Positions 12,182 through 22,080 of a stretch of DNA of 64,000 nucleotides are shown one piece after another (the first letter of the stretch is position 1; every line of letters starts with the position of its first letter). Below the pieces are notes generated by a model. The model had not been told where the DNA came from, did not search any database, and was given only the letters and a program-made list of their open reading frames with translations. Location: positions 64,001 through 128,000 of the forward strand of contig BTWA01000005.1 in NCBI GenBank assembly GCA_045863295.1. The letters run 5' to 3'. Made by a program: the position numbers and the translations under genes. The stretch is from Candidatus Hydrogenedentota bacterium (GTDB lineage: Bacteria > Hydrogenedentota > Hydrogenedentia > Hydrogenedentales > SLHB01).

Positions 12182-12210
12182 AAATTAGCACTCTTTCACT
12201 TCTGGGTCAA
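12182..12210 (-). promoter_or_regulatory. Sigma-70-type promoter for the porin gene
   Basis: Minus strand TTGACC-17 bp-TAATTT with an extended TG. Confidence 0.55.
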
Positions 12211-12262
12211 GTTAGTTTTTCCATGCGGTGGCCGCAATCCTACACCGATACACCGACTCCCA

Positions 12263-13240
12263 TCAATTGGGCTCCCGGTTAAACTCCTCGCCCTCATCCT
12301 CGTATGCTTCTTCGTCGAAAGTCTCCTCCGACTCTTCATCGGATCCTTCCTCATACACTTCGTCCGCATCTTCATAATCGGAATCCGCGTAATCGTTGTA
12401 CCGTTTTGGGCTTACAAGGTACATGTTTGTAGCCTGAAACCCGTTGTCGCGGCCCTCCGCCTGACTCAGGTCAAACTCGAACACCAGGTTTCGACTCGGC
12501 AACTCGCTGGAATGCACCACATTAGGCAGTCTCGAATCGTGGAAAAAAACACTCTGATACGGCGAATCCGCCTGCCGTGTATCCACTTTCCACAATTCCG
12601 ATGAAATCGACTTCATGAATCGCAGAAATCCGAACCCCCGGTCGTGATTGTGGCTGTAACATACGCCCCGTACCCGCGACCCCAACTCGCCCCAAGGTGG
12701 CGAATCCCAAGAGGCCTTGGTCGGCAACAGGTTGGGTATCAGATAGCCCGGAGTGAACAAGTCCGCTTCACGGCGCAATTCCAATGAGACATTCTCGAAC
12801 GCCACCACCTCGACCCGGCACCCCTTGTTCTGCAGCGCACGAACCACCTGCACAAAATCGCCGTCACCGGTTGCCAACAGTACCCGATCCACCCCTTGCG
12901 ACTGCAACAGGGCATCCACCGCCAAATCGAGGTCCGCATTCGCTTTGCCGTACCGGTTACCGGCATCATCCTCGTACCACTTGATGTTTTTTTGAATAAC
13001 CTTGTAGCCAAAATCGCGCAATATCGAAAAAAAACCGTATTGACCCTGCCGGTAGACCGGATCTTCCTTGGCCCTTTGTTCGTCGTATTGCACGTACGTG
13101 TTCAGGCGCATGGGCTCGGCCCCGCCCCGGCATGCAAAATCCCGCAGCACGTCGTAGCGCATGCCGTATCCCCCGTTCCGGGCGAGATTGGCGACATCCA
13201 CATACACCCCCACACGAAGACCCGACTGGCGAGGCGGCAT
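12263..13240 (-). CDS. NYN (LabA/DUF88) domain protein with a cold-shock/OB-like domain and acidic tail
   Basis: VYVDVAN, KANADLDLAVD, TGDGDF, LRREADLF; then RGFGFL...VFFHDS; ATG 13240 after AAGGAG. Confidence 0.88.
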   Translation of the reverse strand: MPPRQSGLRVGVYVDVANLARNGGYGMRYDVLRDFACRGGAEPMRLNTYVQYDEQRAKEDPVYRQGQYGFFSILRDFGYKVIQKNIKWYEDDAGNRYGKANADLDLAVDALLQSQGVDRVLLATGDGDFVQVVRALQNKGCRVEVVAFENVSLELRREADLFTPGYLIPNLLPTKASWDSPPWGELGSRVRGVCYSHNHDRGFGFLRFMKSISSELWKVDTRQADSPYQSVFFHDSRLPNVVHSSELPSRNLVFEFDLSQAEGRDNGFQATNMYLVSPKRYNDYADSDYEDADEVYEEGSDEESEETFDEEAYEDEGEEFNREPN

Positions 13241-13790
13241 ATAACACACTCCTTCTTTACTTCAGCCAATAAAATCAACCCGTTACGCACACTGCGAAAC
13301 ATGTGAACCAGGGAATCCGCGGCGAAGAACGGGGCAGTATCCGGCCCCAGAATTCTTTAACAAGCAGGTGGAAACGTCCGCCCTTAAACCATGTCATCCC
13401 AAACCCACAATAAAACAACCCAAGCGTCCGCATGGTAAAAGGTGGAATCGCGGCGAGTCAAGAATTCACCTAGCCCGAAACCCGAAGGGGTGTTCTCCGA
13501 GGCAACCATTCCCTGGCTGCACGGCAAGGTGTAATAGTTTACCCTAGCCGAGCTTTCCATGCGTGGGCGACTACAGCCATACGGAAAATAAGACAGGAGA
13601 AGTGGGGATCTACGCCCAGTCATCGCCAAACACATGATATGTCGGCATTTAGTGTCGCCGTCGACGGCATCGGAGGCCACCATTCTTGTGGAGAATGGAC
13701 AGGTACTCTACCGGTAATTGGGGTTCTATTTGGAACACGTACGATTAGTTGTAGTGACTAATAGTTTACAAACTTCTAATACTCTGCATA

Positions 13791-13819
13791 TTGACAATAG
13801 CCAAAATAAGTGGTACCTT
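13791..13819 (+). promoter_or_regulatory. Sigma-70-type promoter of the glycosylation operon
   Basis: TTGACA-17 bp-TACCTT with TG extension and AT-rich upstream DNA. Confidence 0.6.
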
Positions 13820-13927
13820 GGCGTCAACTATCGGGACATCGTATCGAGGACGATCGGCGTCGGGGGCTGATTGATCCTGTCCTTCCTTACGACTGCGCTT
13901 CCGACCTATCTTGGGGGTCCGAAATGT

Positions 13928-14710
13928 ATGGGGCTAACGTCTGGCGCTGTGGATGTGAGCGTCGTTATTGCGTGTTACAACGAGGAGGGACACCTGCGGC
14001 AGAGCGTTCAGGAGATACTGGAAATCCTGGACGCGACCCGTTGGACGTACGAAATCATCTTTGTCGAGGATTGCAGCACGGATTCCACGCGCGGCATTGT
14101 GGAATCGTTGCTGACCGAGTATCCGGACAAGAACCTGCAAGCCATCTTTCATGAAAACAACACCGGACGCGGCCGTACGGTATCCGACGGGTTTCGCGCG
14201 GCAAAAGGAGACGTTGTCGGATATCTGGACATCGATCTTGAGGTTCATGCGCGTTACATTCCTTCCTGTGTGTTGGCCATTCTGAACGGTGCGGACGTCG
14301 CGGTGGGTTGGCGTGAGTACCGGCTTCACGTGTCATTGTTCCACCGGCATGTACTGAGCCGCGGCTACGTGTTTGTGATGCAGCGTATGCTTGCGCTTCC
14401 ATTGCACGACACGGAATCCGGATTCAAATTCTTCCGGCGCGAACGATTGTTGCCCGTGCTGGATGAGGTGATGGATCCGGGCTGGTTCTGGGACACGGAA
14501 GTCATGGCGCGTTCACACTACAAGGGATATGCGATTTCGGAAATTCCCTGCCTGTTCATTCGCCGTAGTGACAAGAAATCGACGGTGCGCGTGATTCGCG
14601 ATTCGATCGATTATTTTTCCAAGTTGCGGTCGTTTCGGAAGGAATTGCTCAAGTCGCCCGCGTCCGCGGCGAAAGGTCTGGAACCAGGCAAAACGAAAAG
14701 GTTGCCATGA
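13928..14710 (+). CDS. GT2 glycosyltransferase (polyprenol-phosphate sugar synthase-like)
   Basis: SVVIACYNE, VEDCSTD, YLDIDL (DxD), DTESGFKFF, WFWDTE. Confidence 0.9.
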   Translation: MGLTSGAVDVSVVIACYNEEGHLRQSVQEILEILDATRWTYEIIFVEDCSTDSTRGIVESLLTEYPDKNLQAIFHENNTGRGRTVSDGFRAAKGDVVGYLDIDLEVHARYIPSCVLAILNGADVAVGWREYRLHVSLFHRHVLSRGYVFVMQRMLALPLHDTESGFKFFRRERLLPVLDEVMDPGWFWDTEVMARSHYKGYAISEIPCLFIRRSDKKSTVRVIRDSIDYFSKLRSFRKELLKSPASAAKGLEPGKTKRLP

Positions 14711-15327
14711 GTAACTCTTCTTCGTGGATTTATTCCAGTCCCTGGGTGTACGGCCTTGTCATGCGTTTGCTTTACGGGTCTCACTACGGTTCGCGGTACG
14801 AATCGTTGGCGGGCATGATTCCCGCGGGGGTCTCGCTCGTGGATGTCTGCGCGGGCGATTGCCGCCTGTATACGCACTACCTGAAATCAAAGGGCGTGTC
14901 GTACACCGCGCTCGACATATCTCCGGGTTTTGTGAATAGTGCCCGGAAGTCGGACATCGATGCACGCCAATTTGACGCCAACGTCGACCCGATTCCCGCC
15001 GCAGATTTTATTGTGATGCAAGCCAGTCTGTATCAGTTTCTGCCCGATGCCGCGCCCATTGTCCGAAGAATGCTCGAATCGGCCCGCCAACGCGTGTTGA
15101 TTGCGGAACCCGTCCGGAATCTCTCGGACTCAAATGTGCCGGTGCTGTCCGGGCTGTCGCGTTGGTTGACCAAGCCGCAATCCGGCCGCGCGGGCCAGCA
15201 CGGGGACCGGTTCACTGACGAGAGTTTTCGATCGTTTGTGTGCGGATTTTCCGAACTGGACCAAATAGTTCCCATACCGGGCGGCCGTGAGTTGATCGCC
15301 GTGTTCAGGCGAGATCATGGCGCATGA
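14707..15327 (+). CDS. Class I SAM-dependent methyltransferase
   Basis: LVDVCAGD motif I, YTALDIS, SLYQF; ATGA overlap with the upstream gene. Confidence 0.8.
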   Translation: MSNSSSWIYSSPWVYGLVMRLLYGSHYGSRYESLAGMIPAGVSLVDVCAGDCRLYTHYLKSKGVSYTALDISPGFVNSARKSDIDARQFDANVDPIPAADFIVMQASLYQFLPDAAPIVRRMLESARQRVLIAEPVRNLSDSNVPVLSGLSRWLTKPQSGRAGQHGDRFTDESFRSFVCGFSELDQIVPIPGGRELIAVFRRDHGA

Positions 15328-16073
15328 AGCAGGAGATTTACGCGCTAGCGTTTCAGGAGGAGGACACGCATTGGTGGTACGCGGCACGCCGCCGGATCCT
15401 GGTCGAACTTGTTGCGCGATTGGCGCGTGCATCGGGGGAGCCGAATCGAATACTCGACTACGGTTGCGGCACGGGGTCAATTCTAAAGGCGATGCAGCCG
15501 CTGGGCGAGGCCTACGGAATCGACATGTCGGGCGAGGCGGTTCAACACTGCCGGCAGCGCGGTCTGGACCGCGTGGCGCATGTGCCGCTGGAAGAACTGA
15601 TCCGTTACGAGAATCCGTTCGATCGACGATTCCATATCGTGACCATGCTTGACGTGCTTGAGCATATCCCCGGCGACGTTGGCGCGTTGCGGGGAATCGG
15701 GGAGTGGATTGAACCGGGGGGAAGGGTCGTGATTGCGGTTCCTGCCTATGAGTTTTTGTGGAGCGGCGAGGATTACGTATCCGAGCACGTCCGGCGCTAT
15801 ACGGCTTCCGGGCTGAAGCGCGTGGTGCGCGAAGCCGGTTTTCACGTCGAGCGCTGCACGTACTTCAACGCGTTTCTATTGCCGGTGCAGTTGGCCGTGG
15901 TATTGGCGAAGCGCGTGTTTGATCCCCGATCGATGTACGTGTCAATGGTCCGGCCCACAAGCCCGATAGTGAACACCGTGCTTCGCACTGTATTCGAGTC
16001 CGAGCGGTTCTTTCTGCCCTGGATGCGCTTTCCTGCGGGCGGGTCCCTCGTGTGTATCGGTGTGAAGCGATAG
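15324..16073 (+). CDS. Class I SAM-dependent methyltransferase
   Basis: ILDYGCGTG, LDVLEHI, VPAY..LWS..D..SEHVRRY; ATGA overlap. Confidence 0.9.
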   Translation: MKQEIYALAFQEEDTHWWYAARRRILVELVARLARASGEPNRILDYGCGTGSILKAMQPLGEAYGIDMSGEAVQHCRQRGLDRVAHVPLEELIRYENPFDRRFHIVTMLDVLEHIPGDVGALRGIGEWIEPGGRVVIAVPAYEFLWSGEDYVSEHVRRYTASGLKRVVREAGFHVERCTYFNAFLLPVQLAVVLAKRVFDPRSMYVSMVRPTSPIVNTVLRTVFESERFFLPWMRFPAGGSLVCIGVKR

Positions 16074-16151
16074 CGAACCGGAAATTCATCGGCACGTGTG
16101 ATTTCAACACGCGATACTGACAATCGCGGCACAGCGGAAAAAGGCACAACA

Positions 16152-18758
16152 ATGACATCGGCACCTGAAGTGAAATCGCGAATGCACCGGGCTGGACAGG
16201 TTGTTCTGGCACTTGCGGCCCTGGGGATATTGGCTTTTACGCTTCAACGTTTTTATCTCGCGGGGGCCAGCTTTGGCGAACCATTCCTTTTACATCCCGA
16301 CGAGGACATGACCGCCGGAGTGGCGTTGGAGATGGTTCGCAAGGGAGAATTCAACCCCAAGTTCTTCGGGTATCCGTCGCTCTATCTCTACGTGCTAGGG
16401 GCCAATCATGCCGTCAGTCATCTCCGGTTTTTGACCTCGGGCGAATACCGGAAAGATTATTCCGATCCCCAGGGCAAACCTGCTTCCCGCACCTGGCCCG
16501 ACATCAACGAGCACGATCAGTTTCTTTTCTATCGCGAGGCGCGAAAGCTGAATGCCTTGTTCATCGCCGCCATGGCGTTCTTTGTTTTTCTGACTGGACG
16601 TGAGTTGTTCAATGCTTGGTTTGGTCTGGTTGCAGCGGCGTGGTCTCTCTATTTTCCGAATCTTGTTGAAGAAGGCCATTATGCCGTTCCCCAGGCGATA
16701 ATCGTGTGCATAGTTTCCGCGTCCGTGTACGTGGCGGTCCTGTATGTGCGGACCGGAAAGCTTTCCCACCTGTACCTTGGCGCAATCGTGGCGGGACTTG
16801 CCTTTGGCACGAAGTACAACTACGTGCCGCTCGCGGTGACGGTCGCGGCGCTGCTGGTGCGCGGACCGATCGTGCGGTGGAAACATCTGCCGCTCCTTGT
16901 GCTGACTTTTCTCGGCACGTTTGTCGTCACCACGCCATTTTCCGTAATCGATCTTCCCAAGTTTCTCGAGACTTTCGGCGCGGAAATCTTTGTGCACAAA
17001 TGGGGTAGTCCCTTTATGACCCATGAGGGCAGGCCTTTGCTGTGGTACTGGAAAACCTGGGCATCCCATGGGGCCGTGTACTTCTACACTGCGTGGATTG
17101 GGCTTTTGATCACGCCATTTCTCGTAGGGCGTAAAGGCATTGTATTTGCCGTGTTTCCGTTGCTGTTCATCCTGGCCATGGCTGAAGTGAAGCTTTTGTT
17201 CGAACGGAATTCGTTGCCGTTGGTGCCGTTTTTTGGTCTTGGCTTTGCCGGGGCGTGCTTCGCGCTCTTTGTTTCGTCTCGCTGGATTGCGGAGCGGGTG
17301 ATCAAGCACAACCGAGTCGCAATGGCCGCGGGCGCGCTTGCGCCGGCGCTACTTCTGGTGCTGGCCATGCCGGAACCGGTGAAGCAAAGCCAGGAGATTG
17401 TGAAACGCTTGCGCACGCGGGCCACGTTTACGGAAGCAAACACATGGATATGGAAGACCCTGCCCGCCAAGTCGCGGATCGTCTGCGACAACACCTGGCT
17501 TCCGGCGGTCGTTCCACTCGGGCTCGATAAGTACACCGTCACCAAGGGTCCATTATTTCTTTTTGCCAAACCGTACATTGCATACCTCGATCAGGATTAC
17601 GCCGTGAGCGCCTACGGCGCCGTATACGACAACCTGGGGGCCATCCGTCAATACAATTTGAACGTTTTGGCGCAAACTACCAGCCGGATATCCACCAAGC
17701 CGATAGAAGACTATCTGGCGCGTAATCGCGACCTGATTTACAATCGCTTTCGTATGTTGAAAAATGTGCAGCATCTGCCACCCGAGCAGAACAACCGGAT
17801 CAGCGTGTTCAATTTCGACATTGAAGTGTTTGAAGTGCCCGAGTTCACGCTTCACACGTACGAGGCGGAAACGTTCATGCCGGATGCAGCCATCGCACAA
17901 CGGATGCAGGCCGATGGCGTGGTTCCCAAGGATGCTTTTCCGTTGGAATGGAATGGAAGCATTGGCCAAACCGTAGAGTTGCCGCGCGGGGTATACGACG
18001 TGTTCATGCGTGCGTCCTGCGACGTGGGCAACCGGGATGCCAGCCAGACTGTCCTTTTCCGTATTGGCGCGGATCACTACGAAGCAGAGGTGTTCAGTTA
18101 TGAAAGCCTCGATTACTACATTGGCACCCTGCCGTTAGTCGCGGGAGGCCCAGTGTCCATTGCGATTGAGAAAGTCGATCCCATGCCGGTTTACGTGGAC
18201 AAAGTCATCTTCGTGCAAACCGGGCTCGATCCGGAGAAGACAGCCGCGGAGGCAACCGACAAGAGCCGTTTTTCGAGCGCCAATCTGATGAAGAACGGCG
18301 GTTTTGAGTACGGCGATTCCCCGTATATCGGATGGAACTACAAGCCGACCGGCGGCGTGGCCCTGCACCGGGACAAGGTGGAACGCGCCGGCGGCGATGC
18401 AAGCCTGTACGTCGAGTTGACGCCAGACGTAAACCTGGGGATATCGCAAAACATCCTGGATGTAAAAGCGGGCACGCGCTACCTGCTCCGGGGAAAGATC
18501 AAGGTCGAGGCGTTGAAGCACTATGCGTGTCTGGAAGTGCAGGACATGAACACCGGGTTCAAGACCTTCAATGCGCAGACCAAACGCATCTCGGGCACCA
18601 CCCCGTGGGTGCAGGTGGAGGTGGAGTTTACCGTGCCCGAAGGCACCAAGAATCTGTCGATCTTCCTTCGGCGGCCCTGCGTCGCGCCGGGCGAAAAAGG
18701 CGATGGCCGCATCTGGTTTGACGACGTCGAAATGTACGCGCTGAAACCGCAGCCGTAG
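16152..18758 (+). CDS. GT-C (ArnT/PMT-like) membrane glycosyltransferase with C-terminal CBM-like domains
   Basis: HPDE motif, NPKFFGYPSLY, GLAFGTKY, many TM helices; C-terminal NLMKNGGFE...IWFDDV (CBM4/9-like). Confidence 0.85.
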   Translation: MTSAPEVKSRMHRAGQVVLALAALGILAFTLQRFYLAGASFGEPFLLHPDEDMTAGVALEMVRKGEFNPKFFGYPSLYLYVLGANHAVSHLRFLTSGEYRKDYSDPQGKPASRTWPDINEHDQFLFYREARKLNALFIAAMAFFVFLTGRELFNAWFGLVAAAWSLYFPNLVEEGHYAVPQAIIVCIVSASVYVAVLYVRTGKLSHLYLGAIVAGLAFGTKYNYVPLAVTVAALLVRGPIVRWKHLPLLVLTFLGTFVVTTPFSVIDLPKFLETFGAEIFVHKWGSPFMTHEGRPLLWYWKTWASHGAVYFYTAWIGLLITPFLVGRKGIVFAVFPLLFILAMAEVKLLFERNSLPLVPFFGLGFAGACFALFVSSRWIAERVIKHNRVAMAAGALAPALLLVLAMPEPVKQSQEIVKRLRTRATFTEANTWIWKTLPAKSRIVCDNTWLPAVVPLGLDKYTVTKGPLFLFAKPYIAYLDQDYAVSAYGAVYDNLGAIRQYNLNVLAQTTSRISTKPIEDYLARNRDLIYNRFRMLKNVQHLPPEQNNRISVFNFDIEVFEVPEFTLHTYEAETFMPDAAIAQRMQADGVVPKDAFPLEWNGSIGQTVELPRGVYDVFMRASCDVGNRDASQTVLFRIGADHYEAEVFSYESLDYYIGTLPLVAGGPVSIAIEKVDPMPVYVDKVIFVQTGLDPEKTAAEATDKSRFSSANLMKNGGFEYGDSPYIGWNYKPTGGVALHRDKVERAGGDASLYVELTPDVNLGISQNILDVKAGTRYLLRGKIKVEALKHYACLEVQDMNTGFKTFNAQTKRISGTTPWVQVEVEFTVPEGTKNLSIFLRRPCVAPGEKGDGRIWFDDVEMYALKPQP

Positions 18759-18881
18759 TTGAGTCGTTCAAGCCGATCGGCGGCATCGTTTTGCGCGCCG
18801 TTCTTCGTGAACGATTAAGATAATGGCGTGTTGTGTCTGATTGACGTTTCCTACGCCTTACCGCCTCAATCAGGGCTGGCG

Positions 18882-18915
18882 CGGACGCGACAGTTCCCGC
18901 TTTCGCGGGAATGAC
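18882..18915. repeat. REP-like palindrome, copy 1
   Basis: GTTCCCGCTTTCGCGGGAATGAC preceded by CGGACGCG; near-identical to 25884..25918. Confidence 0.7.
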
Positions 18916-18927
18916 ATATCGCGTCTA

Positions 18928-20043
18928 CTAGAGCTGCGACGATCCGCGGTTTTTGAGTTCGGCCACGGTGTGGCGCACGTCTTGCGCGCGATCTTTGGGC
19001 AGCACGAGGACGGCGTCTTCGGTCACGACAACGATAAGATCGTCCACGCCCACCACGCCCACCGCCATCCGTTTTCCGCCGGGTTCATTGTAGACGATGC
19101 ACCCTTTCGCATCGTGCACCACGGGATCGCCCACGCACACGTTGCCACTGGCGTCTTTGGGATAGGAGCGATCGAGGGCGGTCCATGCGCCGACGTCGTC
19201 CCACGGGAAGTCGGCGCGCACGAGGGCGACTCGCTTCGCATGTTCCATCAACGCGTAATCGATGGAAATGTTTTCGAGGGACTCGAATAGCGATTTGGTT
19301 TCGGCCGCGTTCCCGGCGCGGATGGCCTCGGCCAACGCGCGGACCGTTGCCGCCATTTCGGGCCGGATGGCCTCGAGTTCCCGGAGGAACGCCGAGATCG
19401 TCCAGAAGAACATACCGGCGTTCCAGTAGTAGTTGCCTTGGAGAATAAAATCCTCGGCCTTTTCGCGGCTGGGTTTTTCATGGAAGGCGGTGACGCCGTA
19501 CGCGGTGATGCCGTTGATGGACAGCAACTCCTGGCCGGCCTGGATGTAGCCGTAGCCCGTTTCGGGGCGTGTGGGCTTGACGCCGAGCGTGGCGAGCCTG
19601 TTATCTCTCTCCGCCGTATCCATGGCGACGGCAACGGTGCGCCGGAACAGATCCGGTTCGCCAATGTGATGATCGGCGGTGGTCACGGCCATGGTGATGT
19701 TGTCACCGTTGCCGCCAAAGCGCGCGAGGAGACAGGCGGCGGCGTAGACCAGCGCGCCGGCGGTGTTGCGCTTGGCCGGTTCCGCGAGGATGTTGGCGCC
19801 AGGCAGGCCGAGATTTGCGTTGCGAATGGGATCGATCAGGTGTTCGCCCGTGACCACGAACACGCACTCGGACGGGATCAGGGGCGACAGCCGGTTCACG
19901 GCTTCGCCAAGCATGGTCTCGTCCGGGCTGGTCAGCTTGAGCAATTGCTTGGGCCGGGATTTGCGCGACACGGGCCAGAAGCGTTCGCCGGAACCGCCGG
20001 CCATGATGACACCTACGCGAATGGGTTTTTGTTGTGCGGACAT
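18928..20043 (-). CDS. manC: Mannose-1-phosphate guanylyltransferase
   Basis: IMAGGSGERFWP.SR...PKQ, EPAKRNTA, PETGYGYI, FHEKP, WNAGMF, SIDYALME, WDDVGAW; start 20043 after GGGAG. Confidence 0.93.
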   Translation of the reverse strand: MSAQQKPIRVGVIMAGGSGERFWPVSRKSRPKQLLKLTSPDETMLGEAVNRLSPLIPSECVFVVTGEHLIDPIRNANLGLPGANILAEPAKRNTAGALVYAAACLLARFGGNGDNITMAVTTADHHIGEPDLFRRTVAVAMDTAERDNRLATLGVKPTRPETGYGYIQAGQELLSINGITAYGVTAFHEKPSREKAEDFILQGNYYWNAGMFFWTISAFLRELEAIRPEMAATVRALAEAIRAGNAAETKSLFESLENISIDYALMEHAKRVALVRADFPWDDVGAWTALDRSYPKDASGNVCVGDPVVHDAKGCIVYNEPGGKRMAVGVVGVDDLIVVVTEDAVLVLPKDRAQDVRHTVAELKNRGSSQL

Positions 20044-20190
20044 GGATACTCCCTGCGATTCAATTCCGTGAGGCCTGATGCCGCTTTGCGCCGTGCGTTG
20101 CCCGTCCTTGCGGACAGGGTACGATTTATCGTGGCCCGATATGCCATTATGGCTCAATTCACGGGGGCAATTCACACGAGGTTTGAAGCG

Positions 20191-22065
20191 ATGCGCAGAC
20201 GGCAATTCCTGAAAACGGCGGGGGCGGGTCTGGGGAGCCTGTGCGGACTTGCGCACTCGACGCCCGGGGGCGCGCCGCCCAATATCCTTTGGCTGACGTG
20301 CGAGGACATGAGCCCGAATCTCGGCTGCTACGGCGACGGCTTCGCGGCAACGCCGAACGTCGACGCATTCGCCACGCGGAGTCTGCGCTACACCCATTGC
20401 TGGTCGAACGCGCCGGTGTGCGCGCCCGCGCGCACCACGATCATCACGGGGATGTATCCGCCGAGCCTTGGCGCGGAACACATGCGGAGCAGCGTGGGGT
20501 TGCCGCCGGAGATCCGGCTGTATCCGCAATACCTTCGCGACGCGGGCTATTACTGCACCAACAACGTGAAGGAGGATTTCAATGTCGTGCCCAACGGCCC
20601 GGTGTGGGACGACGTGAGCAAGGATGCGCATTGGAAGAATGCCCCCGAGGGCAAACCGTTCTTCGCCATCTTCAATCAGACCTGCACGCATGAAAGCCAG
20701 ATCCGCACCCGGCCGCACCCGGCGATCAGCGATCCTGCCAAGGTGCCCGTGCCGCCGTATCATCCCGATGCGCCGGAAGTGCGGCAGGATTGGGCGCAGT
20801 ATTACGACAACATCCGCGAGATGGATGCGTGGGTGGGCGAGCGGCTGAAGGAATTGGAAGAGGCCGGGCTGGCGGACGACACGATCGTGTTTTTCTACAG
20901 CGATCACGGATCGGGCATGCCGCGAAGCAAGCGATGGTTGTATCAATCGGGGTTGCATGTGCCGATGATCGTGCACGTGCCCGAGAAGTTCCGGCATCTC
21001 GCGCCGGAAGGCTATGAGGCCCATGCAGTCAGCGATCGATTGATTGGCTTTGTCGATCTTGCGCCCACCGTGCTGAGCCTTGCGGGCCTGACCGCGCCGG
21101 AGCATATGCAGGGCGCGGCGTTCATGGGGGCGCATGCGAAACCGGAACCGGCGCATCTGTACGGGTTCCGCGGGCGCATGGACGAGCGGCCCGATTTGTC
21201 GCGGGCCGTGCGCGACAAGAACTATTTGTATATTCGAAACTATATGCCGCACCGGCCGCAGGGACAGCATCAGGCGTACATGTTCGAAACGCCCACGACG
21301 GCGGTGTGGAAGCGCATGTACGACGAGGGGAAACTGGACACGCATCAGCGCCGCTTCTGGGAAGCGAAAGCGCCGGAGGAGTTGTACGATCTCGCGGCCG
21401 ATCCGTTTCAATTGACGAATCTCGCGGGGCGGGACACCTCCAAGGACGTGCTGGAGGGGTTGCGGCAGGCGCACAGGCAGTGGGCGATCGCGTCGCGCGA
21501 TTTGTCTCTGCTGCCGGAACCGGAAATGCTGGCGATGGGCGCGGAAAGCACGCCGTACGCCGCGGCGCAGGATCCTGATGCGTATCCGATCGAGGATGTG
21601 CTTGCCATGGCGGATCGGGCGGCGGGGTTCGACTCGGACGCGATTCGCGATCTGGTGCGCGGGATGAGCGATGCCACCCGCGCGGTGCGGTTCTGGGCCG
21701 CGACCGGGTTGACGATTCGCGGCGCGGAGGCCGTGGCGGCGGGGCGCGAGGACCTGCGCCGGGCGATGGCCGAAGACGTTTCGCATGCGGTGCGCACGGC
21801 GGCGGCGGAAGCGCTCGGACTGCATGGCAACGAAGAGGACGTGTCCGCCGCGTTGTCCGTCCTGATCGAATTGGCGGATGCGAGGAAGCACGGCTACCTC
21901 GCGGCGCTGCCCGCGGTGGATGCGCTGGACCGGATGGACGGGAAGGCCAAGCCCGCCGCGGACGCCATCGCGAAACTCGTCGAGGGTGAATCCGTAGCGC
22001 CGGAACGCAGCAGCACGTACCTTAAGCGGATCGTGGACAAGGCAATGGCGGATTTGGCGGACTGA
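20191..22065 (+). CDS. Tat-exported sulfatase with C-terminal HEAT-like repeats
   Basis: MRRRQFLK Tat signal; PNILW, CAPAR (CxPxR), SDHG, EELYDL..DP; helical repeats VRFWAA/VRTAAAEALG. Confidence 0.92.
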   Translation: MRRRQFLKTAGAGLGSLCGLAHSTPGGAPPNILWLTCEDMSPNLGCYGDGFAATPNVDAFATRSLRYTHCWSNAPVCAPARTTIITGMYPPSLGAEHMRSSVGLPPEIRLYPQYLRDAGYYCTNNVKEDFNVVPNGPVWDDVSKDAHWKNAPEGKPFFAIFNQTCTHESQIRTRPHPAISDPAKVPVPPYHPDAPEVRQDWAQYYDNIREMDAWVGERLKELEEAGLADDTIVFFYSDHGSGMPRSKRWLYQSGLHVPMIVHVPEKFRHLAPEGYEAHAVSDRLIGFVDLAPTVLSLAGLTAPEHMQGAAFMGAHAKPEPAHLYGFRGRMDERPDLSRAVRDKNYLYIRNYMPHRPQGQHQAYMFETPTTAVWKRMYDEGKLDTHQRRFWEAKAPEELYDLAADPFQLTNLAGRDTSKDVLEGLRQAHRQWAIASRDLSLLPEPEMLAMGAESTPYAAAQDPDAYPIEDVLAMADRAAGFDSDAIRDLVRGMSDATRAVRFWAATGLTIRGAEAVAAGREDLRRAMAEDVSHAVRTAAAEALGLHGNEEDVSAALSVLIELADARKHGYLAALPAVDALDRMDGKAKPAADAIAKLVEGESVAPERSSTYLKRIVDKAMADLAD

Positions 22066-22080
22066 GCGCGCGAGGGTTTC

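Noticed and set aside
12185..12211. TTAGCACTC, a CIRCE left arm, overlapping the porin promoter
   Set aside because: The right arm matches GAGTGCTAA at only 3 of 9 positions; half-site only
13300..13870. Long intergenic region with a 99-aa ORF (13384..13683) or a structured RNA
   Set aside because: No RBS-supported protein-like ORF and no recognisable RNA motif; only short hairpins. An Rfam scan would be needed to exclude an RNA
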